A stretch of 64,000 nt of DNA, from assembly GCA_002269645.1 (NCBI GenBank), contig NIVC01002707.1, positions 62,001 to 126,000 of the forward strand, read 5' to 3'. Under the pieces are notes generated by a model. That model searched no databases. It was not told the DNA's origin and was given only the letters and a program-made list of their open reading frames with translations. The stretch's first letter is position 1. Every line of letters starts with the position of its first letter. A program made the position numbers and the translations under genes. Of this stretch, positions 50,201 to 61,800 are shown one piece after another. The stretch comes from Macrostomum lignano. Taxonomy: Eukaryota.

Positions 50201-53200
50201 TTTTACTGCAAAATTTAATTGAGTTGCAAAATCATCAATAAACAATAAAGCCATCCGTCATTTTTGTGCTGGCTTTTTTTCGCTAAACTCATAATCAGTC
50301 AAACTTTCATATAGAATTCGAAATTTATGATACTTGACCTCCGCTAGATGGCTCCCCATCTCAAATGCCAGGGGGCCGCTGACCCCCTTGACCTCCTACA
50401 TAGCTCCCCATATCAGATGTCAGAGGGCCACTGACCCCCTTGACCTCCTACATGGCTCCCCATCTCAGATGTCAGGGGGCCGCTGACCCCCATGACCTCC
50501 TACATGGCTCCCCATCTCAAATGCCAGGGGCCGCTGACCCACTTGACCTCCTACATGGCTTCCCATCTCAAATGCCAGGGGGCCGCTGACCCCCTTGACC
50601 TCCCACATGGCTCCCCATCTCAGATGTCAGGGGGCCGCTGACCCCCTTGACCTCCCTCATGGCTCCCCATCTCAGATGTCAGGGGGCCGCTGACCCCCTT
50701 GACCTCCCTCATGGCTCCCCATCTCAGATGTCAGGGGGCCGCTGACCCCTCTGTTTAAGTAAGGAGTGATATGCTGTGCTGAATTGGCATTCCTTCAGCA
50801 CACAAAACTGGTTAATTCTTTCCAACGATCCCACAGACTCACCCCGCACAATCAACTGCCGATCCTGACTGCCTAGGCACCGCCGCAGCAGCAGCTGCAT
50901 TGCCGTGGCCAGCCTGACCGAGTGCAGAACAATCGGCAGCGAGGCCAGCGAGTCCAGCGCCAGATGCTGCAAAGTGGAGTGCCGGCTGGCGGCGCACAAC
51001 AGGAGGAGGCGCAGGGCTGGCGGCGAACGCGTCAAAGCGACGGCATTTGGCCGATCCTCGAGCACCAGGTTGCGCAGCGCGGTGACGATTAGGACAACAC
51101 GTTGGCCGGCGAGATCGCGCAGGCCCAGATCTGCGGTGAGATTCATCAGCCGCCAGACAGGTTCAGCGTCGGGGATGTCGACGTTTTCGACGGCGTCAGA
51201 GTCAGACTGATCGTGCGACAGCCAGGTGGGAGAGAGCAGATTGCGAAATTCGCTGTCCCAGACCGACTCGTACCAGAACTAAAAAACATTGGGAAACAAA
51301 AAACACTGATAATTTTGCATCAAGCTACTTTTAATGAGTAGCACTATTTGCATATAAAAAAGCAAATGAAAAACAACAAACTTACCCGTAGCATGTTTGT
51401 CTTATTTTGGCTCAGCCACTCTTGCATCAATGGAAAATACGATCGAGGGCCTAAAATTAAATGGTATTTCATTGGTTGTTAACATCGCACTCATCAGTTT
51501 ACAGAGATCAGTGAACTCCAGTTGCAATGAGTTTTTAGAAAACTGCCACTGGTAATCAGTAATGCCATACATGCATAAGCCCTTCAGGTCCATCAGTAAT
51601 CTGCCGCTAACCATTCAGAGGTCTGCCACTGCTCCCACTGATCCTTCAGTGATCTGCCACTGCTCCCACTGATCCTTCAGTGATCTGCCACTGCTCCCAC
51701 TGATCCTTCAGTGATCTGCCACTGCTCCCACTGATCCTTCAGTGATCTGCCACTGCTCCCACTGATCCTTCAGTGATCTGCCACTGCTCCCACTGATCCT
51801 TCAGTGATCTGCCACTGCCCCCAACTGATCCTTCAGTGATCTGCCACTGCCCCCACTGATCCTTCAGTGATCTGCCACTGCCCCCACTGATCCTTCAGTG
51901 AACTGCCACTACCCCCATTGATCTTTCAGTGATCTACCACTACCCCCACTAATCCTTCGGTGATCTGCCACTACCCCCCCCCACTGATCCTTCAGTGATC
52001 TACCACTGCTCCTACTAATCCTTCAGTCAGTGATTTGCCACTGCCCCCCACTGACCCTTCAGTCAGTGATCTGCCACTGCCCGCTACTGACCTTTCAGCC
52101 AGTGATCTTCTAGTGCCTGCTACAGACCCTTCAGTCAGTGATCTGCCACTGCCCGCTACTGACCTTTCAGCCAGTGATCTTCCAGTGCCTGCTACAGACC
52201 CTTCAGTCAGTGATCTGCCACTGCCCGCTACTGACCTTTCAGCTCAGCCAGTGATCTGCCAGTGCCCGCCAGCCATGCCCCCAAACTCACCAGAATCGAA
52301 CACCCCAGCGTGAGCGGCCAGCAGTTCAAGAATTCTCGGATTGGACATCAGCTGGAATCCACCAGGCTGATAAGACATCAACAGGCAGGCATTGATGGCA
52401 AAGTCAACTTCGTTTGGCAGTCCGCACAGCAGCGCCTTCTCCATGGAAGCCAATTCTGTGGAGTCAACTAAATCGCAGGACAAGCCCCACTGCTCGCGCA
52501 TATGCGCTGCCAGTATGTGGCTCTGCACATTGTAGACAGCTGGACAGGCCATTTCGCCTGGTACAGCGGTGCCAGCAGCCGCCGCAGCCGCAACCGCCGC
52601 GGCATTGGAGGTCTCCGATGCGAAACTCTGCGAACGCTTAACTCGAGACGAAATCGACATCGACATTGACGATTCGGCGTCGTTGCTATCTTCGTCGTAG
52701 GCGGGGCGGACAAAGCCGGACAGATCTTTGTCCGGTTCGTGCTGGTGATGCTGCTGATGCCGTTCGAAGGGCTCCAGATAGCGCAGGTACACTTGTCTAA
52801 TAGCCATCTCTGCGTTGGCGCAGTACTTGTACAGGCCCATGGACTCCAGGACACGGTACCAGTCCTCTGCATCGTTCACCTGATATTAGATAATAAAACA
52901 ATGAGAAAACATGATAGATATTGGATAATAAAAGTTCCTTGTCATCTGAATTAGCTGATGACCTAATTTAAAGCGGGATTCTGTCCGGATAATGGGACAC
53001 TTCGCCCCTATTGGGGGCAAAGGGGAGGTGCCGAGTTGCAGAGAAGATAAATGGGAGGCTAGGAGATTCTATAAGAGAATTCTGTAGTAGACTTGGCCTT
53101 TCGGGCGATTCAGGCAGCCCCCCCCCATCGAAGGTCCTGCCCGTCGCCCGACGTTGAGAAACTCAGAGCCCTGTGTGGGTCGTCTTGTCGCTACGCACAC

Positions 53201-53851
53201 AGGGACGGATCTCTGGGGGGGAGGGGGGTCAAGGGGTCCCGCTGTCCGAGACACTTAAAAAGATTCTACCATATATTTATGGGCCTATTTATCTAAGTTC
53301 TGCCACTTAAAAAGCGACCCCCACACAGTCAAGCAAACGCATGAATTCAAATAACGCTACCAACTCACCCGTCTGTAGCCGCCAAGAGACGCTACCGTAT
53401 TATACAGGCGCAGAAAGTCGACCCGTCTGCCAAGCACCACCGGTGCGTGCAGGAAGGGTGTTCTAAAAATAGTTTTGTTGAACAAAAATGATTATTTAAC
53501 CAAGTACAGCTTAGGTCAGAAGTACAGGAGGGACGGCGGCGGCGGCGGAGCAAGCGGTGGGAAGCCCCGGAGCCGGTCAAGAAGTTATTCAATTTATGAT
53601 TACATATTAGTACCATAAGCCTCACGGATTCGCCAACAGTATTTAGCGATAGTGCACTTACAGGCATACACGGGGAGAAGTCAGTGTCAATCAGAAGGTA
53701 TATTTTCAACATTTCAATTTGTTACTCACTTTCTGGCGTAATGAAAATCTCTCAATTTCGTGGCGAATGCGTGCCGATCCTGTTCTGTTGCCATAGCAAC
53801 TGGTTCGATTGTCGACGCCGAAGACGCGGCGGCGAGTTTGCGTTTACTCAT
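47259..53851 (-). CDS. ARID2: ARID2/BAF200 (PBAF subunit), ~1089 aa; exons 53730-53851, 53369-53462, 52291-52879, 51386-51450, 50843-51278, 49426-50116, 47259-48530; 1-bp frameshift near 47725
   Basis: ARID domain (AFATKLRDFH...TPF...VDFLRLYNTVASLGGY...YLRYLEPFE); LLCGLPNEVDFAINAC; GQRVVLIVTALRNL; degenerate RFX-like segment; two C2H2-type fingers CEWDGC...H and CLWRGC...HVQESHC; EGPVTKHIRLTAALALRNL. All introns GT-AG with matching phases. Confidence 0.93.
48660..49375. repeat. Minisatellite, 23-bp unit, filling ARID2 intron 6
   Basis: CTCACGC(C/A)TAATTAGATGAGATT repeated. Confidence 0.93.
50345..50750. repeat. Minisatellite, ~52-bp unit, in ARID2 intron 5
   Basis: GGCTCCCCATCTCAGATGTCAGGGGGCCGCTGACCCCCTTGACCTCC(T/C)ACAT, ~8 copies. 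Confidence 0.92.
51615..52260. repeat. Minisatellite, ~31-bp unit with diverged variants, in ARID2 intron 3
   Basis: CTGCCACTGCTCCCACTGATCCTTCAGTGAT repeated. Confidence 0.92.
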
Positions 53852-56800
53852 CAAGGCTTGACTGGACAAGGGAAAAAAACAATTTTTAAACTGGATTTTT
53901 GAATTGCTGGTAAACGGTGAGAGTAACTATGATCATCTTAACATACGTAAATGCCTCGTCATCTAATTAGTTGTGTATGTAAATCTATTAGTACAATAGT
54001 GCTGTTTTTTAAACAAACCGCGCATCACTAAGATCTGCTAGGTGCGACTGACAAACTTTTTTATCCATTCAGTATAATAAGGAGCTTGGCCACCTCAAAG
54101 CAAAGCGGTGGCTGCAAAAATTGCACCTCGCAAAAGTAAGCGAGACGCGCATGGTCGCAATGACCAAAGTTATAAATATGGGGTAGGCAATCTTGTCCTC
54201 GGTAGGTCCTCATCAGACAAGTTGACTCCCCTGGCAAAGACGGTAAAGAGCTTCCTAGCAAAGTTCCGGCCAACTTCAAATATGAAAATATTTAAGGGCC
54301 TATTAATTGAAACCTCATTTTCATAAAATAAATCATTTTTGGCTGAAATTCTTCTTGAGAATTTTCGGACAGTATGCAACAGCCACACTATACGCGTTTT
54401 AGCATTGCCAACAAACTGCTTGATTGGGAAATTCTGCTTTTAACACCTGTCTATTAGTGTGCCAGTAGATTGAAGACTTCAAATTCAAATAAGCGATCAG
54501 ATTCAGACTTGTAGAAAAAACTAGACTACTATTATTTGATAGAAACTTCGGTAGAGTATACAGTAGACTATATTTTTGTATTTGTAAGATTTAATGTCCA
54601 TAATAGCTAATGATATCAGTATTAGTGTTCAATCAACTTTCCTACCTCTTCAAAGCTAAAAATAAAATTACTACACTGCCGCCGCGTGTTGGGCAAGCCG
54701 CCCAACTACTAAAACTGTGTTCGTGTTGTACAAATTTGCGCTGTTATACTGTAAATCTAATTTATCCTAAATTTAACAGAATATCCACACAAGTCGAATA
54801 ATAATATTAGAAGTTAGAACTGCACTATAAATAAAAACTTACCGATTGTGCCAAATTCGATTTGAATCGAATATCTTTGCGAAAGACGGTTTGTTTTAAA
54901 ACAGAGGTTTGCAGTTTGCATCCATCTACATGTATGCGTAGCTAAGGAAAAAACAAAAGAGCTACTTATCAAAAAAGCAAGTAAATCTTCCAAGTAAAAA
55001 TTGCTACTCGCAATGCTGGGATTTCGACACGATCTTGTATGAATGAATCCTGTCAATTTATAAGCACACAAAATGCTTCAGTAGAAGAAAAAATATTAGC
55101 CTGTATAATTCAGGCTTGATTCCAGCCAGAGAGTGTGGCCGGCCTTGCTGAGGTGGGTGTGTGGAAATCAGCCAGTCCAAGGCTGTGTCCCGGGCGCGTA
55201 TAGGGTGAAGGAGGTACACAGGCCACTGAATAAGCGAGTGTTGCACACAGGCTGACTGGCCTCGTTGGCTGTATCTGCTAAGTCTGAACACCGCGTATGA
55301 GACTAAAGCAACGGCTTTAGCTAGGAGGACAGAACTAGCTGTGTGGCTTGACTGAATCTTTCTCTGCTTCTCTTTTCGTGTGCGCAGCAGAGGCTAGCAG
55401 AAAGCCTAGCTAGACGCTAGATAGGAAATAGGCGGTTTCTCCGCTAGGGCTTTAGGCTCTGGGTGAATATGGCTTGGTCCTATACTACTGCCCTGCTTTC
55501 CTTTCTATCGAGGTTCTGCCTTCCCTCTCTGTCCCCAATCGTTCTCCAGTCCTTCGTGTGTACAGTGGGGGACGGACGCGGAATGGGGTGGGTAAATGCT
55601 ATGGAGAGGGGCGCGAGCGAATGAGCGGGCGGGTGAGGAAGGAACAGGAACAGATAGACTGAATGGAACAGGGCTGGGTTGGAGGGTAGGTAGTGAGTCA
55701 AATGGAAAGGCTTGCTATTGATTAGTCACGGGCGTATATACAAATGCAAGGGCATGGAATGAATTTAAAGGAAAAAGAACCCTAACTAAAATGGCATTGC
55801 GTTTTTCTAGGCTAGGCCAAAGAAAGGTTGATCAATTCACTTCACTTGCCTGTTAGTAGCATGATAAGGTTAAATAAAAGTCGTAAGAAAGCTAACTATA
55901 CACCAGTGTAATTTGGTATGGTCGATGAATAAAGACTCACCAATACTACTGAGTAATTGAAAATCCAAGAAAAAAAACTCAGCTTAGTCTTCAGCTTAGG
56001 ATTATGGAGAGTGATTAGATAAAACAACAGCTTTGATAAGACTGGACAGCTTGTATGGAAAAGAAAAGTTAGCTTCAAAGATTGTCGGGCCAGAACCATA
56101 GACTAAAGAACTTCACAATTGATAGAATGATTTTGAATATCGATTGGCGGTAGAATGGCCATAGATTTTTCGGGATAGCATCTACAGTTACATGTCGGCA
56201 TTGAAATTTTATTCGGTTCTCAATCTGTTGGTTTGGCCATAGCTAGAACATAAAGCTTGTAACTAAGTAGCTAATCTGCAGACTGACCTATTTTTCTTTA
56301 GGATTGATAGTTGTGGCCATAGCTAAATATAGAATACCAAATATAGAACGCAGCTGAAGCCGATTTTACAAAGATCTACTTTTGGCCATAGACATCAGCA
56401 CCTTGATTCTGCAGTGCTGTTTTCTTCACTGAAAGAGGCTTGCAGTGCCACAATAAAAGCTGCATGAGCTGTCATAGTCTATGGGCCAAAATTAGATGCC
56501 CCGCCGATCGGTAAAATCGGGTTCAGCTGCGAAGGCTGCTTTGGAATTTTATATTTAGCTAGATAATTTAGTATTCTCTGGTTATATCTTACACTCAGCA
56601 ACATTGAAAAGTGTCCACGTCTGCACAAAAGGCTACACTAGCTGAACGATTAATAGGGATTGAAAAGTTCTTCAATTATGTTTGGGCCATAGACAATCAA
56701 AATAAGGCAACAAAGAATGAACAGCGAAACAAGCAAGTCCATGCCCATTTCCACGCTGTGTACATGTCTAAAGCATAGCCATTATCATGGGTATAGATAG

Positions 56801-57734
56801 CAACCACAGCATCCAACAGACCGCTCACTCGTCGAGTCATTCCCAAACAAGGCGCCGCAGAAAGTATTGTGGAAGCTGTTGCCACGCGACTGAAAGCGCA
56901 TTGCGCAGCTGGACCATGTCTGGGGGATAGAGATTGTTACAACTAATCGTGCGCTTCAGGAAATCCCACGTGCTCAATCGGGTTCATATCCGGTGATCAT
57001 GGACGGCCAACGCAAAGTGCGCCAATCAGTCATTTGGCGGACTATCGTTGTCACCAGATATGACACCAGATATCGGTCTTTACTTTCCTGCCCTTTTTTG
57101 CTCATTTGTCTATGGCCCAAAACCAATTGGCAAAACCATCGATTGTGCTGCCCATGGACCCTTGGCGCAAGGGTGGGAACTTTTAAATGTTGCTGAGTGT
57201 ACTTCCAATTCATGCCCAAGATCATATATACAGAATATACAGAGTACACTCCCGTGTGAGTGTGCGTATGACTGCGTACGTATCAAGGACCACTGTATAT
57301 AGCAGAACGTAAAACTCAAAGATCGTGTAAATTTTAAGTTGATTTCCTGTAAAAAATACATGTACACTGCGGAGATAGAAAATCATTTTTTCATATCCGT
57401 GCGCTTGTCTGCCTGCTCAGGGGAGTCGGCGGAATGGGCAGGCAGTAATGCCTCTCGCCGGTTGTGTGACAAAGTCGCTTAAAGTGCACCAGGGTGCACA
57501 GCTAGAGCTCCCCTACCTCTAATAAAAAACGCGAATGCGACCCGTCACCGCGCCTACTGCTTAATAAAAGAACAAACAATCAGAAACTAAGTCGCTGTTT
57601 ATTAATTATTCGATGAGGAAAAAATCGCGATTTTAAGTATTTTATTATATTGTTTCGGCTATTTTAATCGTATAAGTGGGGTAAGATTGAAGCAAATAAT
57701 AATAATAATAATAACTAACAAAGCTCATTTACTA

Positions 57735-58292
57735 TACCTTTTTACGTTCTATTTGATAAAAACTGCAACCAATTTGGCCACGGCTCAGCCTGACCATAGA
57801 CATAGAATTTTCCATAGACAGCCACCGCCAGCGGCAACCAATCTGGTAAAAACTGCGAGCCATTTTGCCAGCTTGAAGATAGCAGCTGCTCTGATGGCGA
57901 ATCGTGGGCCGTACCAAAAGATAAGTCAGCTGGATCGAGAGCGAATCGTGAGAGCGTACAAGAGTGGCGACGACTGGGGAGAGCTTGGCAGCTTGGCATC
58001 ACGCCTCTCAAGTGCCTGCGCTGGATCAACCATTCCCAGACGTACTTCAATCGGTGCTTGAATGCTGAGGACATAATGTTCTGACTTCGTGCATGTACTC
58101 GTATTGTTAACATTCTTTATCGTTATTGTTATGCTATTGAGCTGCTATCTTCAAGCTGGCAAAATAGCTCGCAGTTTTTATCAAATTGGTTGCCGCCAGC
58201 GGTGGCTGTCTATGGAAAATTGCTGCGGCTGAGTCAGGCTGAGCCGTGGCCAAATTGGTTGCAGTTTTTATCAAATAGAACGTAAAAAGGAA
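57735..58292 (+). mobile_element. Internally deleted IS630/Tc1/mariner-like element (~560 bp)
   Basis: ~150-bp TIRs (57735-57887 / 58140-58292) flanked by TA. The interior keeps a transposase-like N-terminus (MANRGPYQKISQLDRERIVRAYKSG, ATG 57894) fused out of frame to a C-terminus (LGITPLKCLRWINHSQTYFNRCLNAEDIMF*, 57992-58084). Confidence 0.8.
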
Positions 58293-58896
58293 TATTACAT
58301 AGACTTAAAATATTTATGAAACATTCAGTGCCTGTTGCTGCTATCAAAGAAAAATCGGCAGCGAGTTGAAAACAGTAATTAGCAAACATAAATATATAAA
58401 TCAGCAAAATGTTGAAAAAGTTTTCTATAATGAATAAAATAGCTAATGCCATGCCAAGCTTGATCTGTATTGCGACTAAATAAATCAACAAAACTTCAGA
58501 CTGTTGGGTAAGAAAGCTTCTTTAAGAGAAATACTTCTAAATTTACCGGTATTTAAAAAGTGCGTCACTAATAACAATAGCAGCTTTGAAATTGTGCACC
58601 GCCTGTGAATATGAAAATCGGTGTTTTTATAGCATTTTTTTCTTTAGATTTATTTTTAGGAAACTTGACAGTGGACAGTTACAGTTGGGCAATAGTTGTA
58701 AGGGAATTCGAGATGCCAAAGATAACTGGCTATCTATTTATTATACCAAACAGGATGAACAGGACAGGTGGGAAATAAACAGCAAGCGGAGTCTAAGGAA
58801 CACCAAACACCCAACAAGACAAAAGCTGGACAAAAACCGCGATTAAAAAATCCAATCAACACGGACGCATTCCGTGTCCAGCGCTCATCTTCCGCT

Positions 58897-61800
58897 TCAC
58901 TTCATCGCGTCAACGCGAGCCTCAACGCGGTCGAGCTCGGATCGCAGCACGGGCGGAATGTCGTCGCCCACCTGCTCCTCGAGGTAGCGCCTAGTCTCGT
59001 GGATGTCGCCCTTCCAGTAGTCAGGCGGGATGCTGAACAGCTCCTTCCAGTTGATGTTCAGGCCATCCGTGTTGATGCTGCCCTCCTTGGGCACCAGGCC
59101 GACAGCGGTTGGCTCGGCGATGTCCTCGCCGTCGACGCGGCGCATCATCCAGTCCAGAACGCGGATGTTCTCGCCAAAGCCTGGCCAGAGAAATTTTTCG
59201 TTTTGATCCTTGCGGAACCAGTTGACGTGGAAGATCTTTGGCATCTTGCGGCCGGGCTTCTCCATGTCTAGCCAATGCTGCAGGTACTTGCCGAAGTTGT
59301 AGCCAAGGAACGGTCGCATCGCCATGGGGTCGTGCATGATCTGCTTGCCCTTGAACTCCGCGGCGGCCGTGGCCTCTGACTTCACCTGAAATAATCAATT
59401 ATTAATTATTATCAATTATTAATCATGCTTTCTAATCATCAAACATAAGCGTTTTTTTCGTTAGACCAGGGGTCGGCAAACTCCGGTCCACGAAGTCTCT
59501 CTATCCAGAACTCGGGTCCTATGAAACATCACAATGGCGATCCAGTCCGCTTAAGGTCACAGCTCTCTTACTTTCTCTCTCCGAGTGCATGAGTAAGACG
59601 TCTACGGTAGAATAGTGGCTACGAGGTCTGCAATAAGCCTAATCAACTCACTTGAGCGCCAAGGAAAACGCCGTGCTTCCAGTCCTCGGCCTCGATGACC
59701 AGCGGCACGCCTTCGGGCCGGCGACCGCCGAAGATGATGCCAGAGATGGGCACTCCGGCCGGGTCCTCCCATTTGGGATGCATGATTGGGCAGTTCTTAG
59801 CCGGGGCGGTAAAACGCGAGTTGGGATGCGAGGAGGGATAATTCTCCTTGCTGCCAATCTTGTAGGGCTTGCCTAGCCAAGTAGTGATTGGGATGTCCTT
59901 GTCCACTTCGTCTTCCAGGCCCTCCCAGAAGTAGCCGCCGTCGGCTGTCTCGGCCACGTTAGTGAGAATGCAGTCGCGCTGCAGGGCGGCCATGGCGTTG
60001 GGGTTGGTCTGGTGGTTGGTGCCGGGGGCGACGCCGAAGAAGCCGTTCTCCGGGTTGATAGCCATCAGCTGGCCGTCTTTGTTGAACCGCATCCAGGCTA
60101 TGTCGTCTCCAACACAGCGCACAGTGTAGCCGGGCAGGGTAGGCTGAATCATGGCCAAGTTGGTCTTGCCGCAGGCGGACGGGAACGCGGCAACGAAGAA
60201 TTTTTCAACACCCTTAGGATTGGTGACGCTCATAATTAGCATGTGCTCGGCCATCCAGCCTTCGTCGTAGGCAATTCGGCCGGCAATGCGAAGGGCGAAG
60301 CACTTCTTGCCTAGCAGGGAGTTGCCGCCGTAGCCGGACCCGTAGCTAACCACCATCCGATCGTCTGGCATATGGGCGATGATCACCTTCTCGGGGTTGC
60401 CTAAGGTTGCAAATAAAATAATCGTCTTTGCAATTGCAACACAATGTCTTTGTGAAAAATGTGATTTACGTAACTTTTTTGCTTACTGTAACCGCAGATC
60501 TAGAACTAGAATAGCTAGATGGGCCACTCAGCACATTTGCGTGTGAGCTACTTTTAGTTTTAGTACCCTCCAATAACTAAATTAACTATGGAGGGATTAT
60601 TAGTAATTTAGTTTTAGAGGAGAGAAGAAACAGGAGTGGAGAGAGGAGAAAGGATAGGAGAGAAGAGAGGAGAGAAGAAACAGGAGTGGAGAGAGGAGAA
60701 AGGATAGGAGAGAAGAGAGGAGAGAAGAAACAGGAGTGGAGAGAGGAGAAAGGATAGGAGAGAGGAGAGGAGAGAAGTAGAGAGGAGGAGAGAGAAGAGG
60801 AGAGAAGCGAGACGAGAGGAAAGATTCGACTAGGGAGCTGAGAAGAGACACAAAACTCAAGCGGGCCGGATTGCTATTGTAAAATTTCAAAGAACCCGAG
60901 GGCCGGATAGAGGCTTCACGGGCCGCATGTGGCCCGCAGGCCGATGTTTGCTGACCTCTGTTTTACAATCTCACAAACTTTCACATTCCGTTAGATGCTA
61001 AAAACAGCGCAGGTAAAAAAAGCTAAAAACAGCCCACAAAACTTTTGTCCCCTATTGGGAATTCCTCCCCTTAATTGTCAATTTTAATGACAAATGAGTA
61101 ATGAGACACGAACTGAGTGTGAGTGGCTGTTTACAAAGTCTAGACAGACAGCACATCAGTTCAAACTTCGAATAGAATAGAAATAGGGGAACTGCCGGCG
61201 AAGGAAAGTGGGGTGGTGGAGCTGGCCAACAACTGGAGTACCAATGTACATTGATAGGGCTGACTGTACAGTAGAATCGGACTTTCTTAGAATACATCCA
61301 ATTGTATTAATTTTTTATATCTGGTTCTTCAGTATCGAATATTCTGGCCTGTCAGTGGCGCAACCAGAATTTTTTTGAGGGGCGGATTTTGGAGGGTAAA
61401 GACCCCAGGGGGGGGGGCGGAAGGGGCGGCTCCTGTATTGTGGCAAAAATGCGTTTGGTCCTCCCTCTGATTTTCTTTAGGTCTCCGCCTAAGGGGGGGG
61501 GGGACCGCCCCCACCCCTCGGGGTGCGCCCCTGTGGGCTGTGGCCCGTGGTCTTGGACTGAAAACCTCATCTGGCCCTTGAGTGGAGAAAGGTTGCCAAC
61601 CTCTGATCCAGTGATCTAGCGCATGACTGCGGGCCGGAGGGGAGAGGAGAGGGAAGAGAGGAGAGGAGAGGGGACAGGAGAGAAGAGATAAGAGAAGAGA
61701 GAAAGAGAGCTGAGAATAGACACAAACCCGGATTGCTATAAATTTTGTGAAATTTTAAATTTCAGATAGATAGAGAGGCTTTGCAGGCCCGCCGGTCAGA

